Source: Planctomycetota bacterium
GTDB lineage: Bacteria; Planctomycetota; Planctomycetia; JALXBF01
NCBI GenBank assembly: GCA_026991575.1
Contig: JALXBF010000122.1
Span: 1-49,275 of the forward strand
Reading direction: 5' to 3'
DNA length: 49,275 nt
The position numbers and the translations under genes were made by a program. The notes under the pieces were generated by a model. That model worked only from the letters and a program-made list of their open reading frames with translations, was not told where the DNA came from and did no database searches. Below, piece by piece: positions 37,801 to 47,252 of this stretch (position 1 is its first letter; every line of letters starts with the position of its first letter).

Positions 37801-39390
37801 AGCCGTCTCGTAAAAACCGTCCCGGTCCCGGTCGTGGAGCACGCGGATCCTGCCTCCCGGTTGCCACGCTTCGTCAACGCCGGTCGGGTAGTCGTACATC
37901 TCAACCACCCACAACGACCCGTCCGGGCCGAAGTCGATGGCCACCGGCGAGCGAATCTGCGGTTCGCTCGCGACCAGCTCCACCTGGAACCCGTCGGGCA
38001 CGTGAATGGTCCGTAGCGTCTGCTCGGGGGTTCGCGGGGGCGGCATTCGCCTGCGGTTCTGCTCACCATAGAACGACGGAGGCACGATGCTGAGCACCCC
38101 GTCGATCAGGATGTCCTCGACCTCCAGGGCGAGCCGCGACGGCTGGGCATAGTAGATCATCGAGCCATCCGCTTCGTAGCCGCCCTCACGTAGCACCCGC
38201 CGTGACGCGATGTAACAGGGTACGTCGTTCGTATAAGCGTGCACCCAGAGCCGCTGGCCGTCCAGCTCACGTCGGAGCCTCAGCGCGTAGTCCACCACGA
38301 CCTCACCCGCCAGGAACACCATGCACAGGTCGTCACCGAACGCCCAACTCTGAATGACATAGTCCAGGGCTTCGGGCAGCTTGCCCTCTTGTTCCAACCG
38401 CGCCAGCAGCAGGCGGGCACGATGGCCTGCCGGTGTCTGGGCCTTTGCCTGCGCGCGCAACTGCTCGGCAGTGGGGATCCGGTCGAATGGCAACCGGATC
38501 GTCTTTATCCGGCAACGCAACGGGCCGCGAACCGGGCGGAACTTCGCAGCAGCCATCAGCCGCGTCACTTCCTCGGCAATCGCACGCCCGTGCCGTTCGG
38601 CCAGCTCGATCGATCCGCGCGGTTTCGGATTGGCGTCCGCGCCGCAACCAATCGACACGAGCACTGGCACACCGTAGCGCCGGTGTAACTGTTCGCGTGC
38701 GACGCCCGCCCAGTCGCCGTGCACCTGCTGGATGGCCCGGGTGGTGGTGCAGTGGCAGGCGTAGGTCAACAGCAGAGCCACGGGTTGCCCGGTCGCGACT
38801 GACACCGCACGCAACAGCGGTAGACTGTGGTCCACCGGTCCTCCCTGGGGCCGCCTGTTCGCCGCGAACGTTACCTGACCAACCGTCCATTCCAGCTTCG
38901 CCGGCTGCCGGGTCGACGCTGCCTGTTCGGCGACCTGCACCAGCCGCCGGGCCACGAACTCGGTGTATCGCTGCACCGCTTCCTGCTCCTGCGGGGCAAA
39001 CGGCCGTCCGAAGATGTTCGGAATGGCGCCGCTGAGGCATGGCGTGGCATGAGAATGGGAACAGCTAACCGCGATACGGGCCGGATCGGTCTGAAGCTTC
39101 CGGGTCAGCTCCGTGCGCACCCGCTGCACCAATGAACCCGGCACGGCGCAGTTATCGACCGTGATAAGCACCGCCGGCTGTCGGGCACCGATGACCAGAG
39201 CGGTGGCGAAGATCCGCTGGGCAACCGAATCAAAGAACGGATTATCCCGGCGAGCGAGATAGCCGTTGAGCGGCACGGGATAAGGGGGGGTGATGTCGAT
39301 CTGGGCGGCGCCAACGTCGAAGACTTCCCGCTCAGAAGCCGCAGCCAACAGCGCTGAAGCACACAGCACCAGCGTGTGCAAACCGCTCAT
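34822..39390 (-). CDS. Fusion of a neutral-ceramidase-like domain with a PVC-type heme-binding membrane dehydrogenase-like protein (propeller, HEAT, cytochrome c)
   Basis: DITP, CSHSHATP, YACHCTT and GEVVVDY (ceramidase-like); GFQVELVASEP, VVEMYDYP, RPVEVRTGPDGALWVVDMYR; HEAT repeats; GDPERGRALF..HCAACH...VGPNL...SLMPEG. Confidence 0.88.
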   Translation of the reverse strand: MSGLHTLVLCASALLAAASEREVFDVGAAQIDITPPYPVPLNGYLARRDNPFFDSVAQRIFATALVIGARQPAVLITVDNCAVPGSLVQRVRTELTRKLQTDPARIAVSCSHSHATPCLSGAIPNIFGRPFAPQEQEAVQRYTEFVARRLVQVAEQAASTRQPAKLEWTVGQVTFAANRRPQGGPVDHSLPLLRAVSVATGQPVALLLTYACHCTTTRAIQQVHGDWAGVAREQLHRRYGVPVLVSIGCGADANPKPRGSIELAERHGRAIAEEVTRLMAAAKFRPVRGPLRCRIKTIRLPFDRIPTAEQLRAQAKAQTPAGHRARLLLARLEQEGKLPEALDYVIQSWAFGDDLCMVFLAGEVVVDYALRLRRELDGQRLWVHAYTNDVPCYIASRRVLREGGYEADGSMIYYAQPSRLALEVEDILIDGVLSIVPPSFYGEQNRRRMPPPRTPEQTLRTIHVPDGFQVELVASEPQIRSPVAIDFGPDGSLWVVEMYDYPTGVDEAWQPGGRIRVLHDRDRDGFYETAVTFLDGIPFPTGLLVWGRGAFVCAAPDILYAEDLDGDGRADRVRKLYSGFATHNYQARVNSLRLGLDGWIYGANGLFGGTIRSPFLRDPVSIDGRDFRFWPGDWRFEPVSGLSQQGRVRDDWGNWFGTTNANLLSHYIFPQELLRAVPGLAAPPVAVRLAGSDRQRRLYPASPPMERFNQPQQLNYVTSACGPTVYRDRWLDEALYGDVFVCEPVHNVVVHRKLVRRGTTFELERIAGEQPEFFAAEDPWCRPVEVRTGPDGALWVVDMYRFVIEHPRWIPPHILRRLDVRAGADRGRIYRVVPSGQRPEQHWYELASASEERLAEWLAGTNGTLRDMVQREVVLGRRQVSHRRLARIVRSAAWPAARVQAAWLLAWASALDEELVLALLADEHPELRRNAIRLAVADGAPSASVRAALERLADDERAEVRFQLAIAISRLPDDARRYELAAALAADPRSDQYIRAAALAGGLKSPPRFLAALNAHRDRITEALLVELAKTLRRGDNPPGAAHALAALLRDVARSQGLAAVDTALAPAADLLRQAAEADGAVARWLARCRDQLKRRAQDEGLGVADRFAALAALSALGGQADRQLRALAVELLLPHRTAELRRRVVAFVASKGVSWWQAVLTRWHAIGPEERVQLIERWLQTELGRRWLIEQLDRDVIAVADLTPAHRQRLAAALGGGPLAKRLAAGVASTRRPLVARYLASAPAEGDPERGRALFERHCAACHRFGARGADVGPNLAELTARDRRTIFTAVLDPNAAVDPRYFPVTVLTRDGRVVTGLIVEQAAETITLALADGTRQQLARTEIDQIRVVRRSLMPEGFEEQLSPRDLADLTAFLAHGAPEARRVVAVATNQPTTLSVASARGSGGASVMRVNGGGVGKLVWQIELPRAGMYAVWLDWCLPGKRSAVQARVSVMPEGGAWEFPLPATGAEPDLFRQAELARVRLPQGQAQLELLVRHRGDGAAVRLRGVVLVPVSQDNVAR

Positions 39391-39434
39391 CGCAACCGCT
39401 CCGATCGTAGGTGGCTTCGCCTGGAGGGGGACTG

Positions 39435-41213
39435 CTAACGCTCAGAAGCTACTGGCGCAAGCAAGTTCTCGACCGGGGCATAGTCGTCGGTCAGCACGAT
39501 GCCGCGGGCGCGGCGGACGGCCAGCTCCAGCAGCCTCGGTGTCAGACGATAGTAGCGGATCGTGCCGTCGGACAGGTCGTCTGCGACGTGCTCGGCATCG
39601 GCGGGCGGAACGTCCGAGAAGTCCAGAGGCCGTTTTGCCATCAGGACCACGAACGTGTCCCGATAGGCGGCCGGCTCAACCGGCTGCGTGGCAAACACCT
39701 CGACAACCGGGAAACAGCGCCTGGCCGTGTTCACCAGCGCGCCAAGAAAACCGGCGTGGTCGAAGTCGTCGATGATGTTCATCAGATACATGCCATCATC
39801 GGTCAGCAGGTCGTGGAGCTGCCTATTGAACTCCAGGGTCGTGAGGTGGTAGGGCACGCTGAGGTCGTTGAACGCGTCCCCGAAGATGCAGTCAAACGGT
39901 GGCCGTCGGCCGCTGCGCACCTCCGCCAACAAACGCCTCACCGTGATTCGCGCATCGCCGTGAATGATCTCGATGCGCGGCTCGTCCTCCAGGAAAAGCG
40001 CCTCACGAGCGGCCTGCGTGACGGCCGGATCGATCTCGGCCACCACAATCGTGCTACCGGGCAAGACCGCGTCGATAAACCGCGGAAACGTGTACGCTCC
40101 CCCGCCCAGGAACAGGCAACGGATCGGTTGCCCCGTTGCAAGAGGCTGCTCGTCCAGGTTGTGCTCACCGTCGAAGAGCTCAAACTCCTCAGGCAACAAG
40201 CCAGCCTTCTTCAGGATAGCCACGTAGGTCTGCTCGTATTCGTACTCCAAGTGCAGAGGATTCGTTGGGTGGATGTAACCGTGGATGAGATGGTCCAGGA
40301 TGAGCGAGCGGAGCGTGCTGCCGGGGGCCTCGAACGGATCCTCCTTGACCTCAATCGTGTAGTACTCGCTTTCGTCGAAGTAAACCACGTTCTCGTCCAA
40401 CCGGGGCCGGACCCCAGCCTGCCGGCCGGCCATCACGGCCCAGCTCAACGACTCCGGTGCCAGCGACAGAAAACAGAGCGCCACAGCCGCTCCGGCCCAG
40501 AGCGCGTTCACCATGCCAGCACTGGTCAAAAGCGTGCCCACGAGCGCAAGCGTGGCAGCCGTCAGTGTTAGCACAGCAAAGCAGCCCAGCTGGGCGATGA
40601 GCACATAGCCGGCTGCGAACGTACCGGCAATGGCACCAAACTGGCCCCAGGCGTAGATGTTTCCGATCGTTGCACCAACCCGTTCACTCTGTTCGAGCGC
40701 CATCTTCGCCACCACCGGCGATATCGTGCCAAGCGCAACGGAAGGGACGAAGAACACGCCGCTAATCACCAGGAACACCTGCAACGGAAACCACCGCAGC
40801 GCACCAGCAAGCCAGCCAAGCAGGGAAAAGCCCTCCAGAGAAGCGGCTAGTTCGGCAAACGTCTCCGTCTTGCCCAGCAGCTCGTTCAGCCATACCGTAG
40901 ACAGCACTGTCACGGACGAAATCAGGAACAGCACCGGCAGCAGTCGCCGCGCGGTGAAGCGGTCCGCCAGCCGGCCGCCGATGTAGTTGCCCAGTCCCAG
41001 TCCCGCCAGGACCACACCGATGACCGAAGTCCACGTGTAGATCGATGAGCCGAGGTGACGTGCCACCAAGCGCGGAGCGACCAGCTCCATCACCATCAAA
41101 CAGAACGCGCTCACGAACACCAGCAGGCACGGCACCAGGCGGACCCACCAACGAACAAGACGAGCATGCGGCGCGGACACGGACGTTGAGCGGGTCGACG
41201 GTGCGTCAGCCAT
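39435..41213 (-). CDS. Fused MFS/spermidine synthase-like methyltransferase
   Basis: MVMELVAPRLVARHLGSSIYTW TM block; FLGGGAYTFP, AEIDPAV, GDAR, GDAF..PYHLTTLEF and LTDDYAPVE motifs. Confidence 0.9.
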   Translation of the reverse strand: MADAPSTRSTSVSAPHARLVRWWVRLVPCLLVFVSAFCLMVMELVAPRLVARHLGSSIYTWTSVIGVVLAGLGLGNYIGGRLADRFTARRLLPVLFLISSVTVLSTVWLNELLGKTETFAELAASLEGFSLLGWLAGALRWFPLQVFLVISGVFFVPSVALGTISPVVAKMALEQSERVGATIGNIYAWGQFGAIAGTFAAGYVLIAQLGCFAVLTLTAATLALVGTLLTSAGMVNALWAGAAVALCFLSLAPESLSWAVMAGRQAGVRPRLDENVVYFDESEYYTIEVKEDPFEAPGSTLRSLILDHLIHGYIHPTNPLHLEYEYEQTYVAILKKAGLLPEEFELFDGEHNLDEQPLATGQPIRCLFLGGGAYTFPRFIDAVLPGSTIVVAEIDPAVTQAAREALFLEDEPRIEIIHGDARITVRRLLAEVRSGRRPPFDCIFGDAFNDLSVPYHLTTLEFNRQLHDLLTDDGMYLMNIIDDFDHAGFLGALVNTARRCFPVVEVFATQPVEPAAYRDTFVVLMAKRPLDFSDVPPADAEHVADDLSDGTIRYYRLTPRLLELAVRRARGIVLTDDYAPVENLLAPVASER

Positions 41214-41412
41214 CGGGTGGGTTCCCTGTTGATTCGGCAGCAGCGCCGGGCGGTTTGCCGGAGGATCCCGTCCATTCTAAGCGAACGAACGACGTCCATG
41301 ATCATTGCACCCGTTGCGGCCACCGCACCACGTGGACCGGCAGTTGCGTGCGGTAGAATCGGTCGAGACCCACCAAACTGTGGCTCCTACCTCAAGCGCT
41401 GAGTTGTCCGCG

Positions 41413-41811
41413 ATGCCTGCCGCTACCGCTCATCTGCTTGCGTTCGTGCTCTGTGACAACATCATCGAGGACGTCGAAACGGGCAAGAAGACACTCGTCG
41501 GCTTGTTCGATCTGGTGGTCAGCGTCCAGGCGCCGGCGTACGTGCCGGAGCTAGCCGTGTACATCTGCCTGACCGGGGGACCGGCCCAGTCGCCGACGGC
41601 CGTCAGACTGTACTGCGTCGACCCGGACGGGCACGTGCTTGCGGAAGCCACCGAGCAGGTGGAATTTCGCCACGAGCACTCGATGGCGGAGCTGGTGTTC
41701 AAGTTCCAGGGGTTCGAGTTCCGCAGGCCCGGATGGTACCGGTTCGTGTGCGAATTGAACGGTGAGCCGGTTGCCGAACGCGGCTTTCGCGTCGAGCTGG
41801 AGTCAAGCTAG
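41413..41811 (+). CDS. Hypothetical protein (DUF6941-like beta-sandwich)
   Basis: LAFVLCDNIIED.ETGKKTLVGLFD...F..PG.Y.F...NGE pattern. Confidence 0.65.
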   Translation: MPAATAHLLAFVLCDNIIEDVETGKKTLVGLFDLVVSVQAPAYVPELAVYICLTGGPAQSPTAVRLYCVDPDGHVLAEATEQVEFRHEHSMAELVFKFQGFEFRRPGWYRFVCELNGEPVAERGFRVELESS

Positions 41812-44800
41812 TTCCGGCCGTTGGTGCGCTGGCCGTTGCCGTTGACATTCAGCAGCGGCACGACCGTACCCTGACCGAGCAACGCCTCCAACTCCGCCTT
41901 CAACTCCGGCGTGTACTTCACCCGGTAGTTGCTTCCCGCCTGCAATTGCACCCGGAACCGTTGCGGTCGCCGCACCTCGAAGTAAACATAGGCCTCTCCC
42001 GGATGGCGCGCGAGGCACGTTTGCAGCGCCTCCAGCAGCTGGTCACCCACCCGATCGGCTTGCATCCGCAGCAGCACACCGGCCGCGTAGGCCTCTGCCA
42101 TCCGGTTCCACGGAATCACCCGCCGCACCAGCACCTCGACCTCGTCCATCCTGTGCTGCACCGTTCCTTCCACCAGGCAGAACGCCTCGTCATGAACGGC
42201 CTGCGCGCAGGCTGCCAGGTCGTCGGGGAAGATGACACAGGGGACGGCGCCGCTGAGGTCCTCCAGCTCGAAGCGGGCCATGCGCGCGTTGCCTGCCCGG
42301 GTTGGCCGTCGCGTCGTGCGGTACCGAACGGCACTGATCAGACCAGCCAGCACCACCTTTGTCCCGTCAGCCAGCTCCTTCAGCTCGCTGCAGCGGTGCG
42401 ACGTGTACGCTTCGAGTTGCTTCCGGTAAGGCTCCAGCGGATGACCGCTCAGGTAGAAGCCCAACACCTGCTTCTCGTAGTTCAGCCGTTCCGCGATCGG
42501 CCAATCGTCCACGTCGGGCAGCACGTGGTCGGCCGGCCTGGTCGAATGGTCGGCTTCGTCGCCAAAGAGGCTTTTCTGGCCGCGGCGGCGGTCAGCCTGC
42601 AGCGACTGCGCCGCCTGGATCGCCCGGTCCAGTGCTTCGAGCCACCGCCGCCGGTTGGCGTTGATCGAATCGAACGCTCCGGCCTTAATCAGCGCCTCGA
42701 TCGTGCCCCGATTCACCAAGCGGAGATCCACCCGGGCGCAGAAATCGAACAGGTCGCGGAACGGCCCTCTCTGCCTCCGCGCCTGCACAATCGCTTCGGC
42801 CGCTGGCTTGCCCACCCCCTTGATGGCTGCCAGACCGTAGACGATTTCACCGTTGTCGACGGTGAACTCAACGTCGCTACGGTTGACATCAGGCCCATGC
42901 ACCGCGATGCCCATACGCTGGCAGTCGTCGACGTGCTCAACCAGCCGGTCGGTGTTGCCCATTTCGCTGGAGAGCAACGCGGCCATGAACTCGACCGTGT
43001 AGTGAGCCTTCAGGTAGGCGGTCTGGTAGGAGATGAGCGCATAGGCGGTGGAGTGGCTCTTGTTGAAACCGTAGCCGGCAAAGTGGCAGATCAGTTCGAA
43101 GATCTCCTGAGCCTGCGGCTCGCTAAGCCCACGTTCCATGGCGCCGGCAATGAACTGGCCGCGGAACGACTCAATCAAGTCTGCCTTTTTCTTGCTGATC
43201 GCCTTAATGCAGGTGTACGCTTTGCTGAGCTCGATGCCACCGAGCCGGTTCAGGATGCGCATCACCTGTTCCTGGTACACCATCACGCCGTAGGTTTCCC
43301 GGAGCACCTCCTCCAGCACCGGATGCATCGCTTCGGGTTTCTCGAGCCCGTGCTTTCGGTTGATGTAGGCATCAACCATGCCGCCGCCGAGTGGGCCGGG
43401 CCGGTAGAGCGCGTTGGTGGCGATGATGTCGCGGAAGTTGTCCGGCCGCATGCGACGAAGCAACTCACGGATACCGGAACTCTCCAGCTGGAAGACCCCC
43501 TTCGTCTCGCCCCGCTGCAGCAACTGGTAGGTCTTCGGATCATCGAGCGGCAGGTGCTCTAGGTCGACCCTTTCGCCCCGGGTCTGTTCGATCAGCTTCA
43601 GGGTCTTGTCCAGGATGGTCAGGTTGCGGAGCCCGAGGAAGTCCATCTTCAGCAGGCCGACCCGCTCCACATCGCCCATCGTCCACTGGGTGGTCACGGT
43701 ACGCTCGTTCTTCTTGCCGTCGCCACCGCCGCTGCTGGTCCCCTTGGGCACCAGCACCTGCAACGGCACGTACTCGGTCAGGGGACGATCGGCGATGACC
43801 ACGCCAGCGGCATGTGTTCCGGCATGGCGAGCCAGCCCTTCCAAGCGGGCACCGATGTCGATGAGTTCGCGGACCTGCGAATCAGACTCGTACAGTTCGC
43901 GCAGCTCGGGGATCTGCTCCAGCGCTTCGCGTAGCGACAAACCACCTGGACCGGCTGGGATCAGCTTGGCGATCTGGTCGACGCGTGCCAGCGGCACCCC
44001 CAGTGCCCGGCCGACGTCGCGGACCACGGCGCGTGCGGCCATCGTGCCAAACGTGCCGATCTGCGCGACACACTCCGCACCGTACTTCTCGCGCACATAC
44101 TGAATCACCTCCTCCCGCCGCTCCTGGCAGAAGTCGATGTCGATATCCGGTGGTTCGTTCCGGTTCGGGTCAAGGAACCGTTCGAACAACAGGTCGTACT
44201 CTAGCGGATCGACCTGGCTCAACTCCAGCACGTACGCCACGATCGAGCCGCACACCGAACCGCGCGCGCCACAGCGGATCCCTCGGCTACGGGCAAAGCG
44301 GACGAAGTCCCAGACCACCAGAAAGTACGGGGCAAACCCCATCTGACAGATAACGCCCAGTTCCCGTTCGAGCCGGTCGACGGCAGCCTGCGGCGGCGGA
44401 TCACCGTAACGTTTTTTCAGGCCCTCTTCGCACAGGTGCCGCAGGTACTCTTCGGCCGTGTACGGCTCAGGCACGTCGAACGACGGGAAGTGGCGGCTCT
44501 TGAAGTCCAACTCCAGATTGCATTGCTCGGCAATCTCAACCGTCCGTTCCACCGCGTCGGCCAAGTCCGCGAACCGTTCATACATCTCCTCAGCGGAACG
44601 CAAGTAGAACTCATCCGACTCCATCCGCATCCGGGCCGGCTCGTCAACGCGCCGACCGGTGTTGATGCACAGCAGGATGTCGTGTGCGGCAGCGTCCTCG
44701 CGGGTCAGGTAGTGGACGTCGCTGGTGGCCACGACGGGCACGCCTAACTTGCGTGCGATGTCGACAGCCATCGGCAGGTATTGTCGCTGGATCTCCAGGC

Positions 44801-45341
44801 CGTTGTCCTGGATCTCGATGTAGAAGTTCCCCTCGCCAAAGACGCTCAGGAACCAGCGGGCTAGTTCCTCGGCTTCCTCCACCCGGTCGCGGAGCAGACA
44901 GCTGGCAAACTCACCCGACGCACAGCCGCTGAGGCAGATCAGCCCTTCGCTGTGCGCCGCCAGCAACTCCTTGTCGATCCGCGGCCGATAGTAGAAGCCC
45001 TCCAGGAACGCCTGACTGGCCAGTTTGATCAGGTTCTGAAAGCCGCGGCGGTCGCGTGCCAGGAGCGTGAGGTGATAGCTTGCTTCGCTGATGCCTTTGC
45101 TGTCGCGGCTGCGGCGGTCGCCCGGCGCGACATAGGCTTCGTAGCCGATGATCGGCTTGATGCCCGCGGCTGTGGCCGTTCGGTAAAACTCGATCGCCCC
45201 GTAGAGGTTACCGTGGTCGGTGATTGCCAGCGCGGGCATGCCCAACTCGCGGGCTCGATCCACCAACTCCGGGATGCGCGCCGCCCCGTCAAGAAGGCTG
45301 TAGTGCGTGTGGCAGTGCAGGTGGACGAAGGTGCGTGCCAT
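41808..45341 (-). CDS. dnaE: DNA polymerase III subunit alpha
   Basis: PHP domain FVHLHCHTHYSLLDG, ITDHG; PDIDIDF, KMDFLGL, GVFQLES, YGFNKSHS; OB fold. Start MARTF at 45341. No intein seen. Confidence 0.97.
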   Translation of the reverse strand: MARTFVHLHCHTHYSLLDGAARIPELVDRARELGMPALAITDHGNLYGAIEFYRTATAAGIKPIIGYEAYVAPGDRRSRDSKGISEASYHLTLLARDRRGFQNLIKLASQAFLEGFYYRPRIDKELLAAHSEGLICLSGCASGEFASCLLRDRVEEAEELARWFLSVFGEGNFYIEIQDNGLEIQRQYLPMAVDIARKLGVPVVATSDVHYLTREDAAAHDILLCINTGRRVDEPARMRMESDEFYLRSAEEMYERFADLADAVERTVEIAEQCNLELDFKSRHFPSFDVPEPYTAEEYLRHLCEEGLKKRYGDPPPQAAVDRLERELGVICQMGFAPYFLVVWDFVRFARSRGIRCGARGSVCGSIVAYVLELSQVDPLEYDLLFERFLDPNRNEPPDIDIDFCQERREEVIQYVREKYGAECVAQIGTFGTMAARAVVRDVGRALGVPLARVDQIAKLIPAGPGGLSLREALEQIPELRELYESDSQVRELIDIGARLEGLARHAGTHAAGVVIADRPLTEYVPLQVLVPKGTSSGGGDGKKNERTVTTQWTMGDVERVGLLKMDFLGLRNLTILDKTLKLIEQTRGERVDLEHLPLDDPKTYQLLQRGETKGVFQLESSGIRELLRRMRPDNFRDIIATNALYRPGPLGGGMVDAYINRKHGLEKPEAMHPVLEEVLRETYGVMVYQEQVMRILNRLGGIELSKAYTCIKAISKKKADLIESFRGQFIAGAMERGLSEPQAQEIFELICHFAGYGFNKSHSTAYALISYQTAYLKAHYTVEFMAALLSSEMGNTDRLVEHVDDCQRMGIAVHGPDVNRSDVEFTVDNGEIVYGLAAIKGVGKPAAEAIVQARRQRGPFRDLFDFCARVDLRLVNRGTIEALIKAGAFDSINANRRRWLEALDRAIQAAQSLQADRRRGQKSLFGDEADHSTRPADHVLPDVDDWPIAERLNYEKQVLGFYLSGHPLEPYRKQLEAYTSHRCSELKELADGTKVVLAGLISAVRYRTTRRPTRAGNARMARFELEDLSGAVPCVIFPDDLAACAQAVHDEAFCLVEGTVQHRMDEVEVLVRRVIPWNRMAEAYAAGVLLRMQADRVGDQLLEALQTCLARHPGEAYVYFEVRRPQRFRVQLQAGSNYRVKYTPELKAELEALLGQGTVVPLLNVNGNGQRTNGRN

Positions 45342-45508
45342 TGATGCCCCCAGCAAGTTCCGCCTGCCGCGCCTCCACGCGCGGCACTCCACCAGCGCTT
45401 CGCCGGCATTCTATCGAGCTGCTCCGTGCACCGCCCAGCAGAGCATGCACACGGGGGTACGGTCCCCTACTCCCGCACCCCCGTCGCGGCACATGCGGGC
45501 TTTCGACA

Positions 45509-46804
45509 CTAGCCAGCCGGCTGCTCGGCCGACTGCGACCGATCCTCCCGGAAGAACAACGCGAAGATGACGCCGCCTACAACCGTAATCAGGGCCGGCA
45601 CAATGAAGACCTTGAACCAGTCGGTCTGCTGCTCCTCGGTGAAAAAGTCCTTCAAGAACCCGGCGAACCAACTGCCAATCAGCAGCCCCAGCCCGAGCAC
45701 AGCCACGTTGATGAGCGTCTGGGCCGAAGCGCGGATGTCCGGCGGCGCCACCATGTCCGTGTAGATGAACGCCACCACGAAGAAGAACACATAGCAGAAG
45801 CCATGAAGCGCCAGCGCGGCAATCGAAGCCCAGACCATCGAAGGCATCTGCTCGTACAGCGGCCAGGCGGCGGCGAATACGAAGTAGCGCACCGGCCAGG
45901 CCATGATGCCGATCAGCATACAGGTCCGCACGCCCCACCGCGGCAGTGCGTATGGCAACAGGAAAGCCATCACGAAGATTTCGGCCACCTGAGCGATGGT
46001 CATCCACGCCGGTATCGTGCGCTCGTTCACGTACTCGGTAACCCGACCAATCTCGCTCAGATACGGAAACGTCAGCACGTAGTAGAGCTGCAGTTCTGTG
46101 GCCACAATGAACGCCACGATGAAGAACACGGTGTAGCTGGGATTCTTGAACAGCACCAGCGCACGGCGGAAGGCCAACGGGTCCACGTGCTCCTTAGCCG
46201 GCGGCGTGTGCGGCAACCCGAACGACAGCAAGCCCATGACCAACGAAAGCACCCCAGCCAGGATGAACGCATCGAAGTAGGGCCACTCGCCCGACCCCAG
46301 CTGCGTGCGCATCGCGGAAAGCACCAGGTTGGCCGCAATCCAGCCAAGCGTCCCCCAGACACGAATCGCTCCAAAATCACGCTCCGGATCGTCGACGTGC
46401 TTCAGTGCCAGCGTGTTCGTTAACGCCAGCGTCGGGGCATACAGCACCGAGTACGCAAGCAACAGTGCCATCATCGCCCCAAACGTCTTGACGCCCCCCA
46501 GGATGATCAGTAGCACGCCACCGGCGAGCTGGCAGATCGCCAGTGCAATCTGAGCGGGCAACCAGCGATCGGCCACCTGCCCTCCAGTAAACGGGGCGAA
46601 CATCACCGCAAGCGGCAGGGCGGCGTAGAGCCATCCGAGCTGGGCACCAGTGAAACCGAGCGTCTTCGTGACGTAGTCGGAGAGGCTGGGCTGGTAAGCT
46701 CCCCAGATCGCGTACTCCAGAAACATCATCAAACTGAGCCCGGGGTGCGACAGCGCAACGCGCAGGGCTCGCGTGAAGACGTTCTCTTGGCTCGCTTCAG
46801 CCAC
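45509..46804 (-). CDS. MFS nucleoside:H+ symporter-like permease (NupG/XapB family)
   Basis: LSLMMFLEYAIWGA, GQVADRW, YAPTLALTN, IRVWGTLGW, QVAEI, LHGFCY and RASAQ motifs. Confidence 0.88.
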   Translation of the reverse strand: MAEASQENVFTRALRVALSHPGLSLMMFLEYAIWGAYQPSLSDYVTKTLGFTGAQLGWLYAALPLAVMFAPFTGGQVADRWLPAQIALAICQLAGGVLLIILGGVKTFGAMMALLLAYSVLYAPTLALTNTLALKHVDDPERDFGAIRVWGTLGWIAANLVLSAMRTQLGSGEWPYFDAFILAGVLSLVMGLLSFGLPHTPPAKEHVDPLAFRRALVLFKNPSYTVFFIVAFIVATELQLYYVLTFPYLSEIGRVTEYVNERTIPAWMTIAQVAEIFVMAFLLPYALPRWGVRTCMLIGIMAWPVRYFVFAAAWPLYEQMPSMVWASIAALALHGFCYVFFFVVAFIYTDMVAPPDIRASAQTLINVAVLGLGLLIGSWFAGFLKDFFTEEQQTDWFKVFIVPALITVVGGVIFALFFREDRSQSAEQPAG

Positions 46805-47252
46805 CGGTTACCTCCGGATCACAGGTCAGCGACAGTAGGCTCCGATGAAAGGGGCGCCCGTCGTCGGCACGGCCGCTATTGTAACCGCCCCGGCAGCATG
46901 TAGAGAACCGCCTTGCCAATCCAAGCCCACTCCGGCGTCTGCAGGCTCCGCGCAGGGCCGCTCCGGAACGCGTCGACCTCACTACCGTCCCGGAGAGCAC
47001 TGCACCGGACGGCGCCGTCCGTACCGAACAAGGAAGCGGCGCCCCCTGCACCCCCGGCCCACAGAGCGCGCTCAAACAAGATCTATCCGGGACCAAGCGA
47101 ACAAGACAGCAATCCACCCGCCCGTTTCTCGAGCCGCCTGCCAACAAGCCACACCCGTGGGTGGCCGCGGCGCATTCCACTTCGGCCGCAGCGCTGCGGG
47201 CTATTCTTTAGCAGGGTGTGGGGTTGGAACGAGCGGACCCAACGGCTTTCGC

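Noticed and set aside
39411..43562. Long antisense ORFs (39411-40571, 41946-43562; likewise 29386-30627, 27571-28560, 6333-7343, 16396-17481)
   Set aside because: Opposite-strand or alternate-frame shadows of well-supported genes, expected in high-GC DNA.
41808..45341. Intein or split in dnaE
   Set aside because: Normal length and continuous motifs; only a short Gly/Ser/Lys loop insert.
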